Below are positions 26,603 through 37,300 of a stretch of 64,000 nucleotides of DNA, piece after piece. Positions within the stretch are counted from its first letter, which is position 1. Every line of letters begins with the position of its first letter. The notes beneath the pieces were generated by a model. That model had not been told where the DNA came from and did not search any database. It was given only the letters and a program-made list of their open reading frames with translations. Source of the stretch: Bacteroidota bacterium (lineage in GTDB: Bacteria; Bacteroidota; Bacteroidia; Chitinophagales; BACL12); the NCBI GenBank assembly GCA_031372705.1, contig JANMLV010000097.1:8316-72315 (forward strand), given 5' to 3'. The position numbers and the translations under genes are program-made.

Positions 26603-27199
26603 ATGACTACTATTTTCAGAATTTGTGTGTTGCTATTTATTGCTGCATTTTTTGTTGCATGCGAAACCGATAATACACCTAGGCCAAACGGTTATCCAAA
26701 AATTAATTACCCTGAATCAAAAAACAAAGTTAATTATAACGACGCCGATTGTCCTTATACTTTTATGTTACCCGATTACTATAGAATTGATAAAAATATT
26801 ACCTTCTTTAATCAAGTTCCTGACGACCCTTGTTGGATGAATTTAGTTTGTGAAGATTTAAATGCAACTATTTATTTCAGCTATAAGCAATTACAAGAAA
26901 ATATTACTGTGCAAAAAATGATTGAAGATGCCTACAAACTCACTTACAAGCACAGCAGCAGAGCCGATTTCATAGAACCGCAAGAAATTGAAAATCAATA
27001 CGGCGTTAAAGGTCTTATTTATTTTGTAGGTGGCGATGCAGCAAGTAATTTTCAATTTTTTGTTACCGATACTACTACAAATTTTGTTAGAGGAGCACTC
27101 TACTTTAACTCTCCACCAAATGCAGATTCACTAAAACCCGTAATTCAATTTATGGTAAATGATATTGAAGGCATGTTGGAGACTTGGCAGTGGCGGTAG
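26603..27199 (+). CDS. gldD: Gliding motility lipoprotein GldD-like
   Basis: Lipobox (FFVAC) followed by PRPNGYPKINYPE, which matches my recollection of the GldD N-terminus. Located next to ssb and mutY as in Flavobacterium. Confidence 0.6.
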   Translation: MTTIFRICVLLFIAAFFVACETDNTPRPNGYPKINYPESKNKVNYNDADCPYTFMLPDYYRIDKNITFFNQVPDDPCWMNLVCEDLNATIYFSYKQLQENITVQKMIEDAYKLTYKHSSRADFIEPQEIENQYGVKGLIYFVGGDAASNFQFFVTDTTTNFVRGALYFNSPPNADSLKPVIQFMVNDIEGMLETWQWR

Positions 27200-27434
27200 C
27201 TAATGTGCTGATGTGCAAATGTACCGATGTACCAATTAAACAGCCAATGAACAGCCGGAGCAGCCGAATTAATGTGCTGATGTGACGATGTGCTGATGTG
27301 CTGATTGAACAGCCGGAGCAGCCAATGTGTAAATGTACCAATGAAACAGCCGATTAATGTGCTGATGTGCTAATTAGCTAATTTGCTAATTGGCTAATTA
27401 GCTAATTAGCAAATCGTCACATTAGCACATTTGC
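27200..27434. repeat. Second locus of the 8-bp-phased repeat family
   Basis: Modules of TAATGTGC/TGATGTGC/AAATGTAC 8-mers end in (A)ACAGCCGG. These are followed by ten consecutive in-phase 8-mers (27355-27434), including five TAATTAGC-type units. Confidence 0.85.
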
Positions 27435-29584
27435 TCACGACCTTATATCTTTACTCCGTGGGAATACTCAACTTAAACACCCCGCTTACCTATTTAAAAG
27501 GAGTTGGCGAAGCAAGAGCCGAATTGCTTCGCAAAGAACTAAATCTGGATAATTGTCTGGACTTATTACAATTTTTTCCTTACCGTTATATCGACCGAAC
27601 CGATTTTAAAACTATTGATGAAGTAATTAAAATCGCACTGCAAACCGACGACCAAAAAGATGTTCAATTAAAAGGCAAATTAAAAAACATTCAAGTTGTT
27701 GGCACTAAAAGAGCTAAACGCTTAACTGCAACTTTAGAAGATGGAACAGGCAGTATCGACCTAGTTTGGTTTAACGGAATTAGCTGGTTGCAAAAAACAT
27801 TAAAACCGGATATACAATATCTCGTGTTTGGGAAGCCTTATTTCTTTAATAGCAACTTAAATATTACCCACCCTGAAATTGAAGATGCTGCTACCAGCGA
27901 GTTTTTAGTAAGCGGAAAAATACAGCCCATGTATCCCGGCACCGAAAAACTAAAGGCCCGAGGAATTAACAGCAAAGCCGTTGGCAGATATACACATTAT
28001 TTAATAGATCAGCTTGATGATAAAGAATTGTATGAAATACTACCGACTTCCATTTTGGAAAAATACAAACTTATTTCCAGGTTCGAAGCATATAAACAAA
28101 TTCATTATCCCGATTCTGATTTACATTTACAACATGCAATTAGAAGATTAAAATTTGAAGAATTATTCATCGATCAAATTAAATTACTGCGCGTTAAACA
28201 ATATCGCAATAGCACAAGTATTGGGTTTATATTAAAAAATATCGACGATATTTTTACACCGTTTTATAACCACCATTTACCGTTTGAATTAACCAATGCA
28301 CAAAAACGTGTAGTAAAAGAAATTCGCAAAGATGTTTTAAGTGGCAGGCAAATGAATAGATTGCTGCAAGGAGATGTTGGTAGCGGGAAAACTGTTGTTG
28401 CTTTACTTACCATGTTAATGGGAATTGACAATAATTTTCAAAGTTGCTTAATGGCACCTACCGAAATATTGGCGCAACAACATTATACAGGTATAAAAGA
28501 ATTACTTGAGCCCCTAAATCTGCGTGTTGAATTATTAACCGGTAGTGTAAAAGGGGAAAAGCGCAAAGTAATTTTTGAAGATTTAGATAACGGCAAAATT
28601 CATATTTTAATTGGAACCCATGCATTAATTGAAGACACGGTCAAATTTAATAATCTGGGCTGTGTAGTTATTGATGAGCAGCACCGATTTGGAGTGGAGC
28701 AACGCGCTAAACTGTGGACTAAAAATAATATCGCACCACATATTTTAGTAATGACGGCAACACCAATTCCTCGCACACTTGCCATGACTTACTATGGCGA
28801 TTTAGATGTGAGTGTTATTGATGAATTACCTCCGGGCCGAAAACAAATTAAAACTGTGCATCGCAAAGAAAGTGAGCGATTACATGTATTCGGTTTTCTG
28901 AAAGAACAAATTCAAGAAGGCCGACAGGTTTTTGTTATTTATCCGTTAATTGAAGAAAGTGAGAAATTAGATTTGAATAATTTAATGGATGGAGTTAAAG
29001 CATTTGAACGTTCGTTTCCGCGTCCACAATATCACATTAGTATTATGCATGGTAAAATGCGGCCTGCCGATAAGGATTTTGAAATGCAGCGATTTCTGAA
29101 AAACGAAACACAAATTATGGTTTCAACAACCGTAATTGAAGTTGGCGTAAATGTTCCAAATGCAACAGTAATGATTATTGAAAATGCTGAGCGATTTGGA
29201 TTAGCGCAACTGCATCAATTGCGCGGTCGGGTTGGACGTGGGGCACATCAATCTTTTTGTATTTTAATGACCGGCGATAAATTAAATAACGATGCGCGCA
29301 CACGCATTCAAACCATGATTCAAACTAACGATGGTTTTAAAATATCGGAAGTAGATATGCAATTGCGCGGTCCGGGAGAAATTGAAGGCACGCGACAAAG
29401 TGGAGCTCCACAATTTAAAATTGCCAATATTCAAACCGACGAGCATATTATGCGAGCAGCCCGTACCTCGGCAGAAAACCTACTTAACGATGACGCACAA
29501 TTTGAAAAAGGCGAAAATCAGCCCCTAAAAAAATATCTTTCCGAACAAAAATGGAAAATAAAGCAGTGGGGCAAAGTTTCTTGA
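27431..29584 (+). CDS. recG: ATP-dependent DNA helicase RecG
   Basis: Wedge/OB domain and helicase motifs GDVGSGKT, DEQHRFG and QLRGRVGRG. The TTG start lies inside the repeat; GTG 27458 is an alternative. Confidence 0.9.
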   Translation: MLTTLYLYSVGILNLNTPLTYLKGVGEARAELLRKELNLDNCLDLLQFFPYRYIDRTDFKTIDEVIKIALQTDDQKDVQLKGKLKNIQVVGTKRAKRLTATLEDGTGSIDLVWFNGISWLQKTLKPDIQYLVFGKPYFFNSNLNITHPEIEDAATSEFLVSGKIQPMYPGTEKLKARGINSKAVGRYTHYLIDQLDDKELYEILPTSILEKYKLISRFEAYKQIHYPDSDLHLQHAIRRLKFEELFIDQIKLLRVKQYRNSTSIGFILKNIDDIFTPFYNHHLPFELTNAQKRVVKEIRKDVLSGRQMNRLLQGDVGSGKTVVALLTMLMGIDNNFQSCLMAPTEILAQQHYTGIKELLEPLNLRVELLTGSVKGEKRKVIFEDLDNGKIHILIGTHALIEDTVKFNNLGCVVIDEQHRFGVEQRAKLWTKNNIAPHILVMTATPIPRTLAMTYYGDLDVSVIDELPPGRKQIKTVHRKESERLHVFGFLKEQIQEGRQVFVIYPLIEESEKLDLNNLMDGVKAFERSFPRPQYHISIMHGKMRPADKDFEMQRFLKNETQIMVSTTVIEVGVNVPNATVMIIENAERFGLAQLHQLRGRVGRGAHQSFCILMTGDKLNNDARTRIQTMIQTNDGFKISEVDMQLRGPGEIEGTRQSGAPQFKIANIQTDEHIMRAARTSAENLLNDDAQFEKGENQPLKKYLSEQKWKIKQWGKVS

Positions 29585-29743
29585 AAATATTTTTTCTGTA
29601 AAAAGTGCCGAAAATACCTCGATTTTACATCAAAACAGCCCAAAACCCTTGAATATTAAGGGTTTCAGCCTCGAAATGTGTATAAAGTGTTGAAAATACA
29701 GGGGTTCCAAGGAATTAGTATTTTGAAATGCCCGTAAACACTG

Positions 29744-29751
29744 TATTTTTG
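29744..29751 (+). promoter_or_regulatory. -7 promoter box for the HU gene
   Basis: TATTTTTG lies 43 nt upstream of ATG 29794. Confidence 0.45.
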
Positions 29752-29793
29752 GGACTACAAAACTTATTTAATTAACTAATAAAACAAATTACA

Positions 29794-30063
29794 ATGAACA
29801 AAGGCGAATTAATCGACGCAATGGCAGCCGACACAGGCTTAACCAAAACACAATCAACTGCTTGTTTAGACAGCATGATGACTGCAATCCGTAAGGCATT
29901 AAAAAAAGGTGACAAAGTTACTTTAGTAGGTTTCGGTACTTACTCAGTAAGCAAACGTGCTGCAAGAACAGGCCGTAACCCACAAACAGGTAAAGCAATT
30001 AAAATTGCTGCTAAAAATGTGGTAAAATTCAAAGCAGGTAAAGAATTATCTGAAGCTGTTTAA
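29794..30063 (+). CDS. HU family DNA-binding protein
   Basis: MNKGELI...GFGTF.V..RAAR.GRNP.TG pattern, 89 aa. Confidence 0.9.
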   Translation: MNKGELIDAMAADTGLTKTQSTACLDSMMTAIRKALKKGDKVTLVGFGTYSVSKRAARTGRNPQTGKAIKIAAKNVVKFKAGKELSEAV

Positions 30064-30076
30064 AAAAACATTTTTG

Positions 30077-30112
30077 AAAAAAAAAGCAGGACAATGTCCT
30101 GCTTTTTTTTTG
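30077..30112. terminator. Bidirectional intrinsic terminator (HU gene on plus, ABC exporter on minus)
   Basis: Stem AGCAGGAC / GTCCTGCT flanked by an A-run (30077-30084) and a T-run (30104-30111). Confidence 0.8.
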
Positions 30113-30116
30113 GCTA

Positions 30117-31889
30117 TTATTGAGCTAATGTTTTTACAAATTGCATGTCATACAACTGTTTGTAATATCCATTTAATTCCAGCAACTCCCCATGGGTTCC
30201 AATTTCTTTTACTTCACCTTTATCTAATACCAGAATTTGATCGGCACGTTGGATGGTGCTCAATCGATGTGCAATAATAATTGAAGTTCTATCTGCAATT
30301 AAATTTTCTATGGCATATTGAATTACTTGTTCCGTTTCCGAATCTACAGAACTGGTTGCTTCATCTAAAATCAATATGTCAGGATTAAATACCAGTGCCC
30401 GTATAAATGAAATCAACTGTCGCTGCCCCAGCGATAAAGTAGCACCACGCTCCATTACATTATAATCATAATTGCCCGGCAACTTCATAATAAAATCGTG
30501 AGCGCCAAGCATTTTTGAAGCGGCTATCACATTTTCTTTGGAAACACTATCATCTCTAAGCGAAATATTTTCGTAAATGCTGCCGCTAAATAAAAAAACA
30601 TCCTGCAATACCATACCGGTTCGTTTTCGCAATGCAGATAATTCATATGCCTTCACCGGCATATCATCTATTAAGATTTCACCCTTTTGTATTTCGTAGA
30701 AGCGACTTAAAATATTAATAATGGAAGTCTTTCCTGCTCCCGTTGCTCCAACAATTGCGAGTGTTTTTCCGGGTTCAATAGTAAAATTCACATCTTTTAA
30801 AACCCAATCTGTATCTCTGTAAGCAAGCCAAACATGTTTCAGTTCAATTTTACCGTTCAAATTAACAGGTGCAAGCGTTCCTTTATTTTCGATATGTTCA
30901 TCGGTGTCTAATATTTTAAATATACGATCGCTTGAAACAACGCCCATTTGAAGTGTATTAAACTTATCTGCCAGCAATCGCAATGGTCTGAATAAAATGG
31001 TGAGGTAAAGTATAAATGCATTTATATCACCTAATGAAGCTCTTCCTTCTAATACACTGTGAGCGCCACGCCAAACCATTAATGCCGTTGCAAAAGCAAT
31101 AATTATTTCTACCACGGGAAAAAATACCGAATAATACCAAACAGAACGAACTTGTGCTTTGCGATGGTCTTTATTAATAAGTTTAAAACTTTCGTATTCT
31201 TTATCTTCAGCATTAAACATTTGCACAATCTTCATTCCTGTAATACGTTCTTGCAAAAATGAATTCAACTTCGCAACCGCCGTTCGAACTTCCTGAAATG
31301 TGTGCTTTATGCCTTCCTTAAAAATGTAGGTAGCATAAATAATTAACGGAAAACTTATTAAACTTAACAAAGTAAGCTGCCAATTTGTAATAAACATAAA
31401 GGTGATTACAAAAATTATCGTGAGTAAATCAGCAATAATTTGAATTGCACCTTCTGTAAAAACGGAATTAATAGTTTCTAGGTCATTTATTGTTCTTGTT
31501 GTAGAAATACCAACAGGTGTATTATTAAAATAAGTTAGTCTCAATCCAACAATATGATTAAAAACCTTAACGCGCAAATTCTTTATTACACTTTGTCCCA
31601 ACCAATTGGTTATGTAAAGGAAAAAATATTTGCAAATAGATTCTGCAAATAATACGAAAAGCGAAATAATTGAAATTATAATTAATCCATTAAAATTGTT
31701 ACCTAATATATAGGTATCTACAGTAACTCCCACTAAGAATGGCCTAAGCGGCGTGAGTAATGATAAAGTAATAGCTAAAATCGATGAAGTATAAAACTGC
31801 CGCCTGAACGGACCGGCATAACTCATCAGCCTCCTGAATATTTTATAATCGGAGCCGGTAAATAATTTCTCTTTTTTGGGTGTTGCCAA
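30117..31889 (-). CDS. ABC transporter, fused permease/ATPase (MsbA-like exporter)
   Basis: Six-TM domain, Walker A GATGAGKTS, signature LSLGQRQ and Walker B ILILDEATS. Confidence 0.85.
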   Translation of the reverse strand: MATPKKEKLFTGSDYKIFRRLMSYAGPFRRQFYTSSILAITLSLLTPLRPFLVGVTVDTYILGNNFNGLIIISIISLFVLFAESICKYFFLYITNWLGQSVIKNLRVKVFNHIVGLRLTYFNNTPVGISTTRTINDLETINSVFTEGAIQIIADLLTIIFVITFMFITNWQLTLLSLISFPLIIYATYIFKEGIKHTFQEVRTAVAKLNSFLQERITGMKIVQMFNAEDKEYESFKLINKDHRKAQVRSVWYYSVFFPVVEIIIAFATALMVWRGAHSVLEGRASLGDINAFILYLTILFRPLRLLADKFNTLQMGVVSSDRIFKILDTDEHIENKGTLAPVNLNGKIELKHVWLAYRDTDWVLKDVNFTIEPGKTLAIVGATGAGKTSIINILSRFYEIQKGEILIDDMPVKAYELSALRKRTGMVLQDVFLFSGSIYENISLRDDSVSKENVIAASKMLGAHDFIMKLPGNYDYNVMERGATLSLGQRQLISFIRALVFNPDILILDEATSSVDSETEQVIQYAIENLIADRTSIIIAHRLSTIQRADQILVLDKGEVKEIGTHGELLELNGYYKQLYDMQFVKTLAQ

Positions 31890-31971
31890 ACGTTATTATT
31901 ACAATTTATGCTGCAGCAAAGTTCAGTCATTTTTTTGGCATAGTTCAGTAGATGCGCAATATCTTAAATAA

Positions 31972-33165
31972 TTATTGCAACTCGCCAATGGCGTTAAAGG
32001 CCATCAAGCCCATGCCTACAATCATTGCATCCTCATCAATATTAAATGTTGGCGTATGTATATTTGATGTAATTCCTTTAGCAGGATTACCCGTTCCGAG
32101 GCGATAAAAACAAGCCGGAACCTTTTGCGAGTAAAACGAAAAGTCTTCAGCCCCCATCCTTGGTGTGGTTATTAATACTTTATCTGCACCTAAATATTTT
32201 ACGGCTCTATCAAAAGTGCGACGTGTTAAGGCTTCGTCGTTAACCAACGAAGGATATCCTTTTGCTATATTTAATTCAATAGTTCCGCCAAATGCTTCAA
32301 CCGTGTTTCGTGCTATTCTTTCTATTAATACATGTGCTTCGGCGCGCACCTTTTCATCCATTGCACGAAATGTGCCTTCAATATAAACTTCATCCGGAAT
32401 TACGTTTGTGGCACCATTGGCAATTACTTTACCAAATGTTAAAACTGTTGGTTGAAACGGCGACATATTTCTACTTACCACTTGTTGCAATGCAACCAAC
32501 ATTTGTGCTGCCATCATTACCGGGTCTTTTGCATCGTGTGGATATGCACCATGACCACCCTTTCCTTTTACGGTAATATAAATTTCATCAGTACTTGCAA
32601 GCATATTGCCATAACAAAACGCTACGGTACCCACTTCAAATGGCGTGAATACATGTTGTGCTAAAATGGCTTCCACATCAGGGTTCTGAAGCACACCTTC
32701 GCTAATCATCATTGCAGCGCCACCGGGTAATTTTTCTTCTGATGGTTGAAAAATGAGTTTTACACTTCCTTCAAATTGTTCGCGCAACTGAAATAAAATT
32801 TTTCCTGCGCCTAACAAACATGACGTATGTACATCATGTCCGCAAGCATGCATTACACCTGTATTTACAGATGTATAATCCAATTTATTTAATTCCGTAA
32901 TTGGCAGCGCATCCATATCAGCACGCAAAGCAATTGTTTTTTTGGAGGGATTTCTACCTTCAATAATAGCAACTATTCCTGTTTCAGCAATGTTATGCTT
33001 AAAAGGTATGCCAAATGATGTTAATTTTTGATGAATAAATTTAGCAGTTTCAAATTCTTGAAACGACAATTCGGGATGCTGATGAAGATGTCTTCTGCAA
33101 GCCCTTATTTCTTCGAAATATTCATTAGATAATTGCTTAATTTGTTCCGCGATATTTTCCATCAT
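31972..33165 (-). CDS. M20/M40 family amidohydrolase (N-acyl-amino acid hydrolase-like)
   Basis: HACGHDVH metal-binding motif and an overall ILR1/hippuricase-like pattern. Confidence 0.8.
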   Translation of the reverse strand: MMENIAEQIKQLSNEYFEEIRACRRHLHQHPELSFQEFETAKFIHQKLTSFGIPFKHNIAETGIVAIIEGRNPSKKTIALRADMDALPITELNKLDYTSVNTGVMHACGHDVHTSCLLGAGKILFQLREQFEGSVKLIFQPSEEKLPGGAAMMISEGVLQNPDVEAILAQHVFTPFEVGTVAFCYGNMLASTDEIYITVKGKGGHGAYPHDAKDPVMMAAQMLVALQQVVSRNMSPFQPTVLTFGKVIANGATNVIPDEVYIEGTFRAMDEKVRAEAHVLIERIARNTVEAFGGTIELNIAKGYPSLVNDEALTRRTFDRAVKYLGADKVLITTPRMGAEDFSFYSQKVPACFYRLGTGNPAKGITSNIHTPTFNIDEDAMIVGMGLMAFNAIGELQ

Positions 33166-33563
33166 TGTTCCGTAATGTTAATTAGGTCTTTCACTATTAA
33201 AGCATTGGGGAAATCAACAAGTAAAATTTGTAAATCGCGATTTGCATCAAATCTATTGGTGTAGTTTCCAATGCGTAACTTGTAATTCGGCGCCTCAAAC
33301 ACAATAGTTGCTCGAAACGAATCATATTGTTTTAAAAATGAAGCCTTTTCATCTTTTGCTGTAACTAAACTATTTGTTGCCATCAATTGAATTCTGTAAC
33401 CGGGCAACTCGCCATGTTCTTTATTAAATGCAACATGTTGTTCAATTAATTGCGCCGCACCTGCATAATCGTTAATTACCACATTGTCTATTTGGCCAAA
33501 AGTTGCCGAAGCAGCAAATAATATGATGATTACAAGTAGGTTACGCATAAGCATTGTTGGCAC
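33162..33563 (-). CDS. SPOR domain protein
   Basis: Signal peptide plus a C-terminal SPOR-like YRIQL...A......YKLRIGN....A pattern. Overlaps the M20 gene by 4 nt. Confidence 0.7.
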   Translation of the reverse strand: MPTMLMRNLLVIIILFAASATFGQIDNVVINDYAGAAQLIEQHVAFNKEHGELPGYRIQLMATNSLVTAKDEKASFLKQYDSFRATIVFEAPNYKLRIGNYTNRFDANRDLQILLVDFPNALIVKDLINITEQ

Positions 33564-33633
33564 TAAAGTAATAATAATTATTGATTATCTGACTAAACGG
33601 TTCAACAGGCACAATTGGTATTGGCTGCACTTT

Positions 33634-34290
33634 TTACCCCAACATTTCGACACTCTTCGATGCGCCGATTCTGTTGGCTCCTGCATTTATCAATGCAATG
33701 GCCGCATCTTTTGTGCGTATGCCGCCGGAAGCTTTAATCTTGATACTTGGATGTAATAGTTCGCGCAAAGTGACAATTGTTTCTTCATCAGCACCTGCAC
33801 CGTTTACGCCTGTTGATGTTTTTAGATAGTCAATTTTTAAATCGTTGGCAATTTTGCAAATAAGTTCAAGTTCTACTTCCGACATTAATCCGGTTTCAGC
33901 AATAAGCTTGAAAATTTTATTTTCACGTTTAACTAAACGATAAATGGTATCAATCTCATTTTCAACTGTATCCCAATCATTATTTTTAACAGCTGCAATA
34001 TTAATCACCATATCTAAATGATCGGCACCGCGATTAATTGCGTCTTCAGCTTCTTCAAACTTACTTATTAATGAATTATATCCATAAGGAAATCCTACTA
34101 CTGTTACGATATCAATTCCTGAATCTTGCAATAATTCGACCGGTGTTTCCAAAAAGTACGAAGGCACACAAACACCTGCAAATTGGTATTTAAGTGCTTC
34201 GTTGCAAATTTTTTCTACCTCTGCAATTGTTGCATCAGGTTTAAGTATAGTATGCTCTATGTATGTATTGAGCAAAATGTTTGATTGCAT
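33634..34290 (-). CDS. deoC: Deoxyribose-phosphate aldolase
   Basis: Schiff-base region DYLKTSTG and KASGGIRT. Confidence 0.85.
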   Translation of the reverse strand: MQSNILLNTYIEHTILKPDATIAEVEKICNEALKYQFAGVCVPSYFLETPVELLQDSGIDIVTVVGFPYGYNSLISKFEEAEDAINRGADHLDMVINIAAVKNNDWDTVENEIDTIYRLVKRENKIFKLIAETGLMSEVELELICKIANDLKIDYLKTSTGVNGAGADEETIVTLRELLHPSIKIKASGGIRTKDAAIALINAGANRIGASKSVEMLG

Positions 34291-34322
34291 AAAATAAATT
34301 AATCCCTTTTTCGGATTGTGAA

Positions 34323-37300
34323 TTACTCTTCTTTACCGTGACAATTTTTATATTTCTTTCCGGACCCGCAAGGGCAAGCATCATTTCTTCCCACTTTTTT
34401 CTCTACGCGAATTGGTTCCACTGCTTTGCGCTCAGGTTGTGCAACTTGTCGCTGCCCGCCGTCACCTGCAGGAGCTGCCGCATCTTCGCGTGTTTCCTTC
34501 ATTTGACTCATATCGGTTCTGCGCTGAGGAACTGCGGTGCGCACTTCATCTGCACTTCTAATAGGCACATAACCTTTAAATAAAAATGAAACTATTTCTT
34601 TATTTAATTCACTAAGCATTTTCTTAAACATTTCAAATGCTTCGAATTTGTAAATTAAGAGTGGATCTTTTTGTTCGTAAACTGCTCCTTGTACCGACTG
34701 CTTCAAATCATCCATATTGCGTAAATGATCCTTCCAATGGTCGTCGATTACAATTAAGCTAATCATACGCTCAATTGAATAATTAATTTCCGACCCTTCA
34801 GTTTCCATTGCCTTGGTTAAATTAACTGTTACATTAATTCCCTTTCTGCCATCAGTAAATGGAACAATTACATTTTCTAAAGTTTCACCTCTCGATGCAT
34901 GTAAATCTTTAACCAGCGGATAAACCTTAGTTAATAATGCTTGTGATTTGCGTTTGTAAAACGCTTGTGCATTTTCATATAAATCACGCACAATATCATC
35001 AATCTTTCCATTCTCAAAATCTTTCTGAGCAATTTCCGGTTCCATGCTTAAATAACGAATTACATCTAATGTAAAGGCTTCATAGTCTTTATCATTGTGG
35101 TGTGTATTTACAATTTCATCACATAAATCGTAAATCGTATTATTTAAATCTATAGTTAAACGCTCACCTGATAATGCGTGATTTCTTTTTTGATACACCA
35201 GTGAACGCTGATTATTCATAACGTCGTCGTACTCTAACAAACGTTTACGAATACCAAAGTTATTCTCTTCCACTTTTTTCTGTGCGCGTTCAATAGATTT
35301 AGTAATCATACGATGCTGAATTACTTCACCTTCTTTATAGCCCATGGTATCCATAACCTTTGCAATTCTTTCGCTTCCGAATAAACGCATTAAGTTATCT
35401 TCCAACGACACATAAAATTCACTTGAACCTGGGTAACCTTTACGCCCTGAACGACCGCGCAACTGTCTGTCGACACGACGTGAATCGTGACGCTCCGTTC
35501 CTATAATTGCCAATCCGCCTGCAGCAACAACGCCAACTCCTAATTTAATATCCGTTCCACGACCGGCCATGTTCGTAGCAATTGTTACACTTCCCGCTTT
35601 ACCGGCTTCAGCAACAATTTCCGCTTCGCGCTGATGTTGCTTTGCGTTTAATACATTATGCTTTACACCTTTTAATTGTAGCATCCTGCTTAATAATTCA
35701 CTCACCTCTACCGATGTAGTACCAACTAAAACAGGTCTGCCATCTTTTACTAATTGTTGAATGCGGTCAATAACAGCAAGATATTTTTCTTTACGTGTTT
35801 TAAATACGTAATCTTCAATATCATTTCTAACAATTGGTCTATTAGTTGGAATTGCAGAAACATCTAATTTGTAAATTTCCCAAAGCTCACCTGCTTCTGT
35901 TTCGGCAGTTCCTGTCATACCGCATAATTTATGAAACATGCGGAAATAATTCTGCAAAGTAATTGTTGCATAAGTTTGTGTAAGTGCTTCAACTTTTACA
36001 TTTTCTTTTGCTTCAATTGCTTGATGCAAACCATCACTATATCTTCTTCCTTCTAATATACGACCGGTTTGTTCATCAACAATTTTTACTTTGCTATCCA
36101 TTACTACATACTCAACGTCTTTTTCGAATAATGTATATGCTTTTAATAATTGCTGCACCGAGTGAATACGCTCACTCTTAATTGTAAAATCTTGCATCAA
36201 TTGGTCTTTTGATGCCACTTTATCTTCTTTGCTCGCTAACGAACGTTCAATTTCTGCAATCTGCGCGCCTACATCCGGGATAATAAAAAAGTGAGGATCA
36301 TCACCACCTTCAGTAATGAGTTCAATGCCTTTATCGGTAAGGTCAACACTATTACTCTTTTCTTCAATAACAAAATATAAATCTTTATCAATTTCAGGCA
36401 TGCGCTTATTATGTTCTGAAATATAAACACCTTCTGTATCTACCAATAAAGTTCTTACGCCCTCCTCGCTCAATAATTTAATTAACGAATTATTTTTAGG
36501 CAATGAGCGATGTGCTTTTAGTAAATGTATGCCAGCTTCTTTGTTTTTATTCGCCTCAATCATGCGCTTAGCATCAGTAAGGTTTTGCGTAAACACTCTT
36601 TTTTGTGCTTCAATTAATTTGCTGATACGCGGTTTTAAAACATTATACATTTCTGCATCACCACCTTTTGGAACGGGGCCCGAAATAATTAATGGTGTTC
36701 TGGCATCATCAATTAATACGGAGTCAACCTCATCCACCATTCCATAATGATGTTTGCGCTGCACTTTTTCTTCAACAGTGCGCACCATGTTGTCGCGTAA
36801 ATAATCAAAACCAAATTCGTTATTCGTTCCGTAAGTAATATCAGCCATGTATGCATTTCTGCGTTCAGGTGAATTTGGTTGATACAAATCGATACAATCT
36901 ACTCTTAACCCAAGGAAATTAAAAATAGGCGCATTCCATTCCGCATCGCGTCGAGCTAAATAATTATTAACGGTTACTATATGTATTCCTTCTCCTGCTA
37001 ATGCATTTAAATATGCAGGCAATGTTGCAACTAGCGTTTTACCTTCTCCTGTTGCCATTTCCGAAATTTTACCGGAATGCAAAACATAACCACCAATAAG
37101 TTGCACATCATAATGCACCATATTCCATTTAATTGGCACACCGGCTGCTTCCCATTCATTGCTATAAATAGCCTGATTGCCCGAAATGGTAACGAATGCG
37201 TGATTTACAGATAAATCGCGATCCATTTGTGTTGCTGTTGATACAATTTTTTCGTTATCGGTAAAGCGATGTGCCGTTTCTTTCATTACGGCAAAAGCCT

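Noticed and set aside
27150-27341. 63-aa minus-strand ORF (HLHIGCSGCSISTSAHRHISTL...)
   Set aside because: It is a low-complexity translation of the 8-bp-periodic repeat and overlaps the gldD 3' end. An 8-nt period cannot encode a conserved protein repeat.
35400-35480. Unusual SecA motif RGRSGRKGYPGSS versus the usual RGR.GRQGD.GSS
   Set aside because: This is a conservative lineage variation in an otherwise full-length, intact SecA. There is no evidence of a pseudogene or a paralog.
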